Positions 9,801 to 19,920 of a stretch of 20,000 nucleotides of DNA are shown piece after piece. Position 1 is the stretch's first letter, and the number at the start of each line of letters is the position of its first letter. The notes beneath the pieces are model-generated. The model had not been told where the DNA came from, searched no databases, and was given only the letters and a program-made list of their open reading frames with translations. A program made the position numbers and the translations under genes. The DNA comes from Ancylonema sp. (taxonomy: Eukaryota). The DNA is taken from NCBI GenBank assembly GCA_050230475.1, contig JBFLGF010000225.1:49865-69864 (forward strand), in the 5' to 3' direction.

Positions 9801-12800
9801 AAAACCCACGAGACGCCTCGCGTGTACAATGACTTCAAACTCCAAACTTGGCTCATGGAGAATGGCGGGGGGGGCCTCACTTCCTCTCCCTTCGCGATGA
9901 GTCGACGCGATATCACGCGAACGCGTTTTCCGTCATAGAGGAGAACTGAGTTGGGGTCGCAGCTGTCAACCAACCGACCAACCGACCAACCGAATAGTCA
10001 CCAAACTTGAGAACCAGAAACTAAAACTGAGGACCATTCATCCCACCCCTCCAAATTATTTGTTCAGTTTCCAAATTCAGACCTGTATACCTACTACCAT
10101 GAACAATCGAACCCTAACATCCTAAAAAACGAAAACCCCTTGAACATCTGCGACACTCAACCCTAAAACCCTAAAACCCTAAAACCCTAAAACCCTAAAA
10201 CCCTAAAACCCTAAAACCCTAAAACCCTAAAACCCTAAAACCCTAAAACCCTAAAACCCTGAAACCCTGAAACCCTGAAACCCTAGAACCCTAGAACCCT
10301 AGAACCCTAGAACCCTAGAACTCAGAGACCCTTCATCCTAAAACCCTAAAACTCAAAGACCCTTCATCCTAAATTTTCAAACTCCCTAAGACCCTAAAAC
10401 CAGAATCCTAGGGCCCTAGAACCCTAGAACCCTCTAAACCCCAAAACCCTATAAACCCTCAGAATCTTATGGACTCACTTCCTGAAAAGTCCTAAAACCC
10501 TAAAACCTCGAATGTCTGAAACTCTGAACCCCTAAAACCCTAAAACCCTAAAACCTAAAATTCGAGACCCTAAAATCATAATCCCTATCTCTTGCCTGTG
10601 GTTGGCGATGGAGGTGAGGGGGAAGAGCCCGGTGCCGACCGGCTTCATTTCCGCATCACAGATGGTGTGGGCGTTGCAGGACAGCTGGCAGGAGGAAGGG
10701 GGGGGAAGGGGGAGAGAAAGGGGGATGGAATAAGGTGATTTTGAATTAGTGATGTCGGGATCGCTGGTTTTTTTATTTATTTTAAATCTTGGTTTGTTTG
10801 CGTTCTCTTTTTCCGCTTGTTTCGTTCCAGTTTTGTTTCTGCACTTCTGTTTTTTTGTTCGTTTCACTTTCCCCCTCCACTGTCAAGGCGCTGGGGAGAA
10901 GAGGAAGGGAAGAGGAAAAGGCGAAACGAATATGAGAATCAGAAGCTAGCACCATACACAGATGATGTCTAATCTCACTTTTTCTGCCCCTCCCACCCGA
11001 TTTTGGTCTTGCCCGTTTTTGGGATTTTTGGGCCCTCACCCTGCAGAGGAGGTGCGTGATGAAGCGGTTGTCTGGGGCGCCAGGGGGGCGCAATTTTGCT
11101 ACCAGAGTGGCCATTTGCGCCGTTAGCACTAAACGATCTTCAGGAAAATCCTTGGCATCTGAGGGTGCAAATTGTCAAGAAATTCGTGAAAGGGGGAGAT
11201 GACGCTGAAGGACTTCTACATTTTTTCCATATGGCAGATGCATTATTTCTTCGATAGGAAAAAAAGAGTGTATTTATATACATACATGTATCGGAGTCTT
11301 GTATAATTCTGGATGTAGAACAGGCATAAATAGAACTGAGAGCAAGGGTAATAAGTTTTTGTGAAGAACCAATTTCGTTGTTGTTTTTTTAATCAACAAA
11401 TGGAGAAATGACGATTACATGTATAGGAAAGATACAAAATAGAAGGAAAAGGAACGACTGGAAAAAAATATAGGTTGATTTGTTTGGACGAGTGAATGTA
11501 CAAAATACAAAAACTAAAAAAATGAACAAACATTAACATGATAGAGTAGGTGATGACTACCAAAAAAAATAGAGCGGGGAGCAGGGGGAAGTGAGTTACG
11601 GGAGGGGAGAGCGTCGACGTGTTCGTACGATCGAAGAAGGGAGGTGAGCTGCCAAGGGGGGACAGGTGGCAAGCTCAGATTGGCAGATGAATGGGTACAG
11701 CACTCTGTTTATGCCAACATCGAAAATTGTATGAATGAGATATAATGTATGATGGAAGAACCAAACCTTAGCGTTATTGAATATGTATACATAGGATACA
11801 TAGATATACATATATGTNATAAGGTGATTTTGAATTAGTGATGTCGGGATCGCTGGTTTTTTTATTTATTTTAAATCTTGGTTTGTTTGCGTTCTCTTTT
11901 TCCGCTTGTTTCGTTCCAGTTTTGTTTCTGCACTTCTGTTTTTTTGTTCGTTTCACTTTCCCCCTCCACTGTCAAGGCGCTGGGGAGAAGAGGAAGGGAA
12001 GAGGAAAAGGCGAAACGAATATGAGAATCAGAAGCTAGCACCATACACAGATGATGTCTAATCTCACTTTTTCTGCCCCTCCCACCCGATTTTGGTCTTG
12101 CCCGTTTTTGGGATTTTTGGGCCCTCACCCTGCAGAGGAGGTGCGTGATGAAGCGGTTGTCTGGGGCGCCAGGGGGGCGCAATTTTGCTACCAGAGTGGC
12201 CATTTGCGCCGTTAGCACTAAACGATCTTCAGGAAAATCCTTGGCATCTGAGGGTGCAAATTGTCAAGAAATTCGTGAAAGGGGGAGATGACGCTGAAGG
12301 ACTTCTACATTTTTTCCATATGGCAGATGCATTATTTCTTCGATAGGAAAAAAAGAGTGTATTTATATACATACATGTATCGGAGTCTTGTATAATTCTG
12401 GATGTAGAACAGGCATAAATAGAACTGAGAGCAAGGGTAATAAGTTTTTGTGAAGAACCAATTTCGTTGTTGTTTTTTTAATCAACAAATGGAGAAATGA
12501 CGATTACATGTATAGGAAAGATACAAAATAGAAGGAAANATCCCAGATTCCAAAATCCGGGAATTGAAAATCTGGGTTCCCACAGTGCCCCCCTCTTAAC
12601 CTTCGATCGACGAGCTCGAGTTACTCATGCCACCTGCCTCATGCCTTATTGCCACCTGGCGCAACGTACCACGTGCCAGGAGTTTCCACCTACCTGACAG
12701 GTGTCGGAGCAGTAGCGGACAGCTTTGCATCTCGAACACCGCTTCAGGAAATGGTTGACACGGAAACATTCATCGCACCTGGTCGCCTCCGTCTCCCCTG

Positions 12801-13330
12801 TTAGAACCGTCGCATACGCTGACTCACTCAGGAGCACCGAACCTGGACATGTTACAGGTGGCAATGTGGCATTGGCACACCGAAACATCACCCACGATAC
12901 ATGACTGCATATGTCTTTGCAGGTGTGTATACATCAAAATTATACTCACGTGTGAATACAGGGATGAGTCAATAAATCGTGGGTACCACGCAGCAATTGC
13001 GAAACAAATTTCACTTATATGCCCGTGCACTCACCCTCGTTTTCACCCTTATTATTTTTTTGCCTCATTTAACATGCCGTGATCCTTGAAGGACGACATT
13101 AGTGCCCTCCGATGCTATCCAGTAGGCTCTACTGGTACCTGATCACTGAACCCTGGTTCCCGGATACCCGTGTTCTCACTGGGCTCAAATTTGCGCGCAG
13201 CCACAAGGCAGCGCCCCTTGCCCTCTTTGTACTCCACCCGCAGGCCTTGGTCCCCCAACCACTTCGTCGACACGCCCGAAACTTCTTTGCTGATTTCTAG
13301 AATCGGCATCGAGGAACTTCCAGCAGCCAT
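6834..13330 (-). CDS. ASHR1: SET and MYND domain histone-lysine N-methyltransferase (SMYD family, ASHR1/SDG37-like); one internal exon missing in an assembly gap
   Basis: Minus-strand exons: 13330-13180, 12842-12694, [gap], 11648-11600, 11158-11040, 10684-10596, 9962-9881, 9349-9245, 9113-9026, 8795-8673, 8442-8336, 8151-8082, 7535-7472, 7035-6834; phases join consistently. Motifs: KGRCLVAARKF (SET-N), CDECF...RCSRCKAVRYCSDTCQ (MYND), CNAHTICDAEMKPVGTGLFPLTSIANHSCDPN, FSYADV...YFFTCGCPRC (post-SET), and a TPR-like tail LMRTRDSLMQ...PLLGLQYFALGKLE...LEVLTITH. Confidence 0.92.
7167..7232. repeat. 11-bp tandem repeat (GTCAAGAAAAA)x6, imperfect
   Basis: Read directly, in the last SMYD intron; reads TTTTTCTTGAC on the sense strand. 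Confidence 0.85.
7539..7595. repeat. 12-bp tandem repeat (AAAGTCAACTCA), about 4.7 copies
   Basis: Read directly; abuts the acceptor of the exon starting at 7535 (- strand). Confidence 0.85.
8443..8672 (-). other. U12-type (minor spliceosome) GT-AG intron, 230 nt
   Basis: 5' end GTATCCTTTT, branch GCCTTGACC (8465-8457; branch A at position -17), 3' end GGGGTGCAG with no polypyrimidine tract. Phase 1 join A|AG restores the SMYD reading frame. Confidence 0.85.
8463..8542. repeat. 8-bp tandem repeat (GGCAGAAT), about 10 copies, degenerate
   Basis: Read directly; runs into the U12 branch point. Confidence 0.85.
9123..9154. repeat. 8-bp tandem repeat (ATGACAGG)x4
   Basis: Read directly; ends 9 nt before the exon starting at 9113 (- strand). 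Confidence 0.85.
9324..9461 (-). repeat. 42-bp tandem triplication spanning a branch point, 3' splice site and exon start
   Basis: Three identical units starting at 9324, 9366 and 9408 plus a 12-bp partial unit. Minus-strand unit: GCTGACGTGGCATGTGCCTATATCCAG|GTGTGTTTCAGCTAT. Confidence 0.95.
9969..9992. repeat. 8-bp tandem repeat (ACCAACCG)x3
   Basis: Read directly; ends 6 nt before the exon starting at 9962 (- strand). Confidence 0.8.
10159..10575. repeat. Interstitial telomere-like array (CCCTAAAA/TTTTAGGG)
   Basis: 12 perfect CCCTAAAA units (10161-10256), 3 CCCTGAAA, 5 CCCTAGAA (to 10320), then degenerate copies to about 10575. Confidence 0.9.
11819..12538. repeat. 720-bp apparently identical copy of 10730-11449, bounded by single Ns (probable assembly artefact)
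   Basis: Constant offset of 1089 bp; identical ORF translations (10749/11838 and 10782/11871); N at 11818 and 12539. Confidence 0.9.
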
Positions 13331-14222
13331 GGTCGTGTCCGTACGGAACGACGGCCGTACAATGTGAAGAGGTAATTGAAACACAGAGTTTCAAACAGCA
13401 AATTGCGCGGCAATGACGGCGGTGGCTATGATACAGTCAGTCCGGACACGTGACAATCTGGGATATTTTGACGACTGAAAAACGTCTCCATCTGTCTGTT
13501 GCGGATCTCATCGGACCTGGCGCCCTCGATGAGCACCCACAAGCTGTCAGTGACTTTGTAACTAACCAAAATGTGGAAACACGATTTGCAGTGTCCCATC
13601 GTAACTCGCGTGCTGGAGAAGCTCGCGAGGCCTTAGCGCGGGCAGATTGCCCAGTCGGGCGGCGACTGGACATTTGCCGGCAGATTGAGACCGTCAAAAT
13701 TGAAGCATTGGATTCCAACTCGGAGTCGCGTCAAGGCTGCCGGTTGTCAGGTGACGGCCGATTGTTTGACACTGATGTTGACGTTGACCGAGTCGCAAGC
13801 TGTTGGTCGCTGTACGTTGACCGGATGGACATGTCCGTACAAAAATCTGCAGATCGGCTACCGTCACTTCGGCCAACGACAACGACGTCTTCGTTCTGAC
13901 ATCTGTCCAGTTCAGTCGTTTGTCGGTGGTCGAAAATTATCACACACTTGAACCCGAAACCTGTACAGATTGAAGCTCAAAGTGTGACTTCCAAAACCCC
14001 TCCACTGATAAGGGCCGCTTTCCGCTCTGTAAATCAGAAAGGTATCTAAAAAAAATGCAGCTCTATCTGTGCACGGCATTCCCCGACATATCCCCGCTAT
14101 GTACCTAGACTCTCGGCGCAGTGTCAGGCGCTTGATAGTGAAGTACATGGTCCATTTGCTTGCATCCTCACTCCAGATTGACATTTATACTACATTCGCC
14201 ACTTTAAATCCAAAGCGCAGCT
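13331..14222. promoter_or_regulatory. Probable bidirectional promoter and 5' UTR region
   Basis: 892 bp between divergent ATGs (13330 on -, 14223 on +); visibly CG-rich. No transcription start sites could be assigned. Confidence 0.5.
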
Positions 14223-17200
14223 ATGGGCCGTGGGGAGGAATTCACGCGTCGCAAACAGAACAAGTCCGCCCGCAAGCGCATGCGAGCCGACGGAGGGGAT
14301 CTAAATCCCGAGGAGTCTGCGGCGGCGAAAAGAAGACGGCGCAAGGGTGCGCGGCGCATTACAGAGGTCAGCGAAATCAAGCATTTTACCTGCAAATTGT
14401 CGGGCAGAGCGACAACTCGTTCATCTGCTTCATTGTTCGTTTATTATTTATTTTCACGAAGACAACCTTTGACGTCCGTAATTCAAAGCCACAAAACACA
14501 CAAAATACGCTTGATCCTGACAGTTTCGCTTGGCATGCCAATCTCACCCAAGTCACCGCCATAACGAATCTATCTCTTAGCCATATTATCGTCAACTATA
14601 TCAGGTAGACACACAGACCCCAGAACCTAATTCGCTAATTCGCTAATTCGCTAATTCGCTAATTCGCTGACGGCTCACCCCCCCCCCCGCAGGCCATGTG
14701 CTACTCCCTTCCCACCCCCGAAAACCCATTCAATGAGGCGGAAGTGAAAGCAAAGTTGACCAAAAAGTTTCACCTCAAAACGCACAACCGGAAAGTGGTT
14801 GCTGGGCTGGCTGGGAAGCTGGTGCTGGGGTCTGTGAAGTCGGTCAGGAGAGGGGGGGCTAGCAAGGTTGGGGCTGGGAAGGATCAAGGGAAGGAGGGGG
14901 GGAAGAAGGTAGACCCCCTTCGAGTTCGGAAAACGCTTTGGCCGGTGGGTGTGGAGAGTAGGGAGAGCCTGAAAGGGTTATCGGATGCCAGACTGCCACC
15001 TGGCATGACGCGATTGGATGAGGAATTGAGGGAGGCGGGTAGGGAGGGGCGAGGGACAGGTGGCATCGGGCTGGTGGAGGAGGAAGAGGGAGAGTGTGCC
15101 AGGTGGCAGAAAGTAAAAACGGGGTGCTGGGAGGGGTGTTTGAGGGGACTCGATGTGCTGGCAACAACGCCACGTCAGCACAACCAACCAGTCTCAGAAC
15201 CAACCCCAACCTCAGAGCCAACCTCAAACGGGTCCTCCAATGGGGTGTCCAAACCACACAGATCCCCCGCGCCCACTAGCGATACCGACCAAATGAATCT
15301 AGAATCGGTACTCTGCATTCTGGCACCCGCCCTGATGCACATACGGGCCCAGGCCCCCCCTTCGACCGGGGGGGGCCCGCTCGCCCTCCTTCTGGTGTCG
15401 GGTTCAGAACAGAGCAAGCGCGTCAGAGGGTTGCTCAGGGGGCTGGGGGACTGGGGAGGGGAGGATAAAATGGGGGTGGGGACTGGGGAGGAGGGAGGGG
15501 AAGGGGGGGGAAGGGAGGTGAAGCGGTTGCGGTCGGTGGCCGTTCATGAAGATGCTGCGATCGAGCACCAGGCTGGAGGGTAGGTCGGTGTGGGGGGGGG
15601 AGGTTCCTGGGGGAGGGAATGGGGGAGCAGTTGTAGGGGTATCGGAGCGGTGGATCTAGGGTTTTTAGGGATTTAGGGTTTTTGGGGGTTGGGAGGTACA
15701 CCCTCTTTAATTTGGGAGGGGATACAAAATTTGCGAGATTTTGGATGAAGGGTTAGGGTTTATGGGGTCGCGGGTATGACGGGTCAGGGGTATTTTCTGT
15801 GGACCTAGGATTGGTGCAATCAGGGTTTGAAATCATATTTATGGGAGGACGATTCGGTCATCGGTCTGGGTCATAGTTTTTGTCTTGGTCTGTTTCTTTT
15901 TTGGGGGGTTTTTAGGGTTTTCGGGGGGTGGTCACAGTACAAAATAATGTGAAATTCAAAATTCCAAGGGGGAAAAAAAACCTGAAATACTACAACGAAG
16001 CAAAATATTTCTTGAAACAAAAGAGGACCTTTACGAACGAAACGGAATCCTGTAAATAAAACGAAACCCTGTAAATGAAACTGAGAGTATGGTAAGAAAT
16101 TGATTCAACTGAGTCGAATCAAGCAGTCCGTTGGGTTTTTAAACCTGCACTACTTTTCTCTTCATACAGTCACACTAATTTCCTCTTCATACAGTCACAC
16201 AAGATTGATTGTGATACCTCACAGCATCATGAGGGTAAGTGACCCTTGAGATGTTAAACCGCATCCGTACACCCTCTAACAGTGAGCAGAAGCTGTACTT
16301 GTTAAACCCTAAACCCCTTAAACCAAAAACCCTGAAAATCACGTGTTACATAGACTCGATAATCTCACCCAATCTTATCCGACAGTGTTAGGCTGACAAT
16401 AGCTTTTCTCTGGGGGGGGGGGGGGGGGGTTCTTCTCGTCAGGCTGGAGGTACAAGCGGTTGACCTGGTGGTGGGAACGGTTAACCGCATTTGGACCCTA
16501 GTGGACACGGGGGCACTGGCCCTTAACCGGGTCTCTTTTCTGGTACGGATTTCTGCTATAGGCTGTTGTGGATGTGGTTACTTTTTACTGTGCACAGGTT
16601 TAAGTAGTACCATCCTGCTGAAATGGGGTTTGGAGAGGGGCTTACTGGGTTCACTGGTGTGAGTCATTGGGGTTGTGTATTGGGATGGTGTCGAGTTTTA
16701 GTGTTGACTCGAGTTTCTTTTGGGGTGAGCAATGGGTATTTTCGAATAGGGAGCATTTCGGGGGTAGGGTTTAGGGTTAAGTGCTGAGGGTTCGTGGAAG
16801 TCGGTAGACGCACGTTTTTTGGGTTTTTAATTTTCGAAAAAAAACCTGAAGTGCCCCCCGAAACGAGGATCGCTGGATTGGTTTTTAGGGGTTTTTTTAG
16901 TTTTGTTTTGAGATGGATTGGAGGGGGTGCACTAGAGACGCCGGCGCCATTGCATCAATATCAGTTCTGGGGTTTATTAGACGTGAGGGGTTATGAGTTG
17001 TCTTTTCAGGGCAGTCGAGTTGCCAGGTTTATGAACTTCCTTTCTTAGGTGCTTAAGTTATGACATGAAGGTTGAATTTGTGGTCGATAGCTTCCAAAAT
17101 ACATTTTTTACATAAAAATAAAAATAATAATATAAACATTGAATGCACTGAAAACACTCGGCGGTTCAAGGCAAGAAAATACGTATTCCCCTCATTTAAT

Positions 17201-18752
17201 TATTTCCTGAAACCCCGTCTTTTATCCCATTTTTTGTTGACCGATCGAAATCATTACACCGATGTCAAATCTTTTTTACCGCATTTCTCATGTTTCTCTT
17301 ATTTTTTCAAATTCGATTCTCAGGTGCTAGATCAAGCTGATCGATTCGATTCAGAGGAAGTTTCCAAGCAACTTCTCGACATTCATGCCCGAGTCCACAG
17401 CAAATGCCAGGCTGTCATCCTCAGCTCCACCTGGCCTCTGCCCGCACGCCACCTGGCGCACTCCTGGCTGAGGAACCCCATCTTCCGAGCATGTGGGGAC
17501 GAATCTGATACTGCCACATGTGCATGTATCGATTTGGAAGTGGACGTATGCACCTCGGAGGAGAAAAAAATGGCAAAAGTAAGTGGCGAAACTCAGTGGC
17601 AGAATTGGGCGGCAAAAGCGGGTAGTGTGTTTTCCATACACCAAATTTGATCAACATGGAGAAAAAAACAGTCGATAATTGATCACAATACTATGTTCAA
17701 AATTTTACTCACTCTCTCTCTACATAACATCTGCAAACAATTCAGGCAGATCCTGTTGAAAAAAAGTCGAAATTACTACTGCGAACTTGCGTCATAAAAC
17801 CTTCTCTCGTGTTCTAAAATCTTCCTATTTTTAGAATTGCGCAGTTATTAAAACTGGTGGACGATATCCGGAGCGAGGCCTCTACCGTGCGGGTGAAGAC
17901 CCAAATCCTCGTCCAAGTCAACGCTGACGTGGCAGTGGGGCCCGCAGTAGCTGCGCTGACGTCAGCAAAGCACCGATGCGCGGGGCTGCACGGCGGGATG
18001 GAGGTGGAGCAGCAGAGGTTGGCGGCGACGGAATTCAGGTGCAAAAACATTTGCGTTGATATGGAAAGGGTGTGTGTCTGTTGAGACGCGTTATGTTGCG
18101 GTGTGGATGAGCTTGTTTTATCTTCCACAGAGCAATTTTTTAAAAAAATGCGAGTATTTATGTGCTGTTCTACGCACATTGATGGTTGGGGTGCGATTTG
18201 CGAAGTACTCTTTTCGATTTGGTTCGACGAGGTTTCATACGTGACAAGGGATGGGAGGGTGGGAGGGAGAGGGAAGACGGGGGGTGGGAGGCGCGTGATG
18301 ACGATCGTGTGACCGAAGTTAGCGATGTACTCATTCTCGTATATACTCCTTTCTTTCTAACAATCGCTGTGTGCCCCGAAATTTGGGTGCGCAGGATCGG
18401 AAAAGTACCGATTCTGGTCATCACCGACTCGGAACGAACCGCACACAACCTCAACCTCGGCGCAGTCCCCACCCTCGTCTTCCTCAATTTTCCGTCCACC
18501 TTGGGTCGTTATAAAGAAGCTGTGAAGAGTGTGTGTAGGTCGGTTACAAGAGGCAAATGTGTAACGTACTTTATGCACGATGAGGCTGAGTCAGCACCAG
18601 ACCTGGTGGAGTTTTTGGAGGGGTGTGGGCAAGCAGTAGATTCCAAATTAGCCATGATTGCAAAAGCAGTACATCAAGTGTGGGGGCAAAACGCAACAGT
18701 TGTTAAGCAACAAAGGGTAAATGGGGGAAGAGTGAAAAGACAACGATTGTAA
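14223..18752 (+). CDS. Degenerate DEAD-box RNA helicase-like protein (resembles the plant At2g28600-like family), about 645 aa
   Basis: Exons 14223-14366, 14693-15579, 16443-16542, 17324-17578, 17845-18038, 18395-18752; GT-AG introns, consistent phases, 1938 nt. Basic N-terminus RRKQNKSARKRM...AAAKRRRRKGARRITEAMCYSLPTPENPFNE. DEAD-fold landmarks: GPLALLLV, DLVVGTVNRI, FLVLDQAD, VILSST, LHGGM...EFR, ILVITD, LVEFLEGCGQAV. Confidence 0.85.
14627..14666 (+). repeat. 8-bp tandem repeat (CTAATTCG)x5
   Basis: Read directly; followed by CTGAC, a C-run and the GCAG acceptor of the exon starting at 14693. Confidence 0.9.
16148..16200. repeat. 25-bp tandem duplication (core CTCTTCATACAGTCACAC)
   Basis: Core copies at 16158-16175 and 16183-16200. 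Confidence 0.8.
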
Positions 18753-19380
18753 GAGAGGAGTTTGTTTGGGAGGAGTGATTATGTAAAGAGGGAAAACGCA
18801 TTGATTTAAGAAGAAACTTAATGTGTAAAATTCAATGTGAAATGTTTATCAATGTTCTACTTTGTGTTCAATGGTATCTAATGACGAAAAATGCTGCCAT
18901 CATGTCACTGTCTCAATAACATTGAAAGGTTATTCCCAATCCCAAGCATAGCCTACACTTGCAGAAGCATGGCAGACACACACATCGATCTCTTGTTCGA
19001 ATTCAAGAAGGTCGAAAGGAATATATGCTCCAAGCAGTGCTCTTCTTTGCGGGATAAGAAAACACTCCCATTCACTGTGCATAGTCACATGTTTGTCTAC
19101 ATTCGTGCGTAAGGGAGCCAAGCTTAGGAGCCAAGCTTGGAGAGATAAGATAATAACCCAATGAACAAATCAAGTGCCTCTTGTGCCCATTGGTTTAACC
19201 GTTTGCGACTCCCCCTCGTTTGTGTTCCCACGGAGGTAGATAGAGGGATTTTGATACGACAGACACCGCTTTTTTCGGGTTTTGATTCTATCCCCAAACC
19301 CCAAAAAAACATTGATTCGGGCATTTGGTTTGTGTCCACTCGCATCCGGCCTTCATATCGCACATGCTTTAAGGAGAAAC

Positions 19381-19434
19381 ACATTGTTAATCATTGTCAA
19401 TCATTGTTGATCATTATTAATCATTGTTAATCAT
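19381..19434. repeat. 10-bp tandem repeat (TCATTGTTAA)x5, imperfect
   Basis: Read directly; intergenic or 3' UTR. Confidence 0.8.
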
Positions 19435-19797
19435 GCCCATATCGACACTCGACCAAAGCATTCTACACCAGCCCCATGAAATGATTGCCATCATGGACAC
19501 ACGAACCATTCAACAACAAGGGTAGCTCTAGGTCTCTTGTGCTCTACAATGCGTGCAGATACATGATCTTTGGTTCAACTCGATGCTGAGTCCGCACCAG
19601 CGTTTGACTTTTTCTTCCACGTGAAAAAAGAACTGAACCTCGTTTTGCTGGGTCCCTGCGGTTACAGGGCACATGGCAGAAAACTTGGGAAAAAATGGCA
19701 ACCTGAGAAGGATCTCGATGCATGTACTCCAGATGATGATCATGGCAGCTTGTGGTATCACATGCACAAGTTTGATACTGGAAGTGGATCCAGAGTG

Positions 19798-19920
19798 TCA
19801 AGTTTTGGACACATTGGGCTTATTTGGTCGCCTATGATTTCTGGTTCCGCAGTTCTTGCATTCCCATGTGTCTTTTGAAGACTTACTTCTGAAATCAAGA
19901 AAATGATCAAGATTCAGGAG
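19798..19920 (-). CDS. Possible terminal exon of a minus-strand gene containing half a zinc finger (WECKNC)
   Basis: After a CT-rich tract and TAG acceptor (19921-19922) the frame reads LLNLDHFLDFRSKSSKDTWECKNCGTRNHRRPNKPNVSKT*. An in-frame alternative acceptor TTTCAG gives an exon start at 19888. Upstream exons would lie outside the window. Confidence 0.3.
   Translation of the reverse strand, partial: LLNLDHFLDFRSKSSKDTWECKNCGTRNHRRPNKPNVSKT

Larger units (their letters stand above)
9963..10595 (-). other. GC-AG intron in the SET domain
   Basis: Donor CACAG|GCAAGA and acceptor TTGACAG|C. This join produces the invariant SET motif N-H-S-C (AAC CAC AG|C TGC). Confidence 0.85.

Noticed and set aside
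11649..11720. TGG CAT AAA CA GAG TGC (- strand) resembling the missing MYND H-K-x-E-C
   Set aside because: It needs a one-base frameshift, has an in-frame TAA and lacks a phase-compatible acceptor. The adjacent sequence looks like an ordinary intron 3' end, so the real exon is more likely in the gap.
13450..13899. 149-aa ORF between the divergent genes
   Set aside because: Starts at GTG with an in-frame TGA just upstream, has no recognisable domain, and lies in the expected promoter/UTR space.
15569..16450. 11-bp direct repeat CAGGCTGGAGG at both ends of helicase-like intron 2 as a target-site duplication (introner-type insertion)
   Set aside because: Both copies are mostly retained coding sequence read in different frames (QAGG and LEV), the protein shows no apparent duplicated residues, and no terminal inverted repeats are visible. 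Coincidence is likely.
18748..18828. Three TGTAA motifs after the helicase-like stop as chlorophyte-type poly(A) signals
   Set aside because: Short AT-rich words; the first gene has AATAAA instead and DCC1 shows neither clearly, so they cannot support a taxonomic or functional call.
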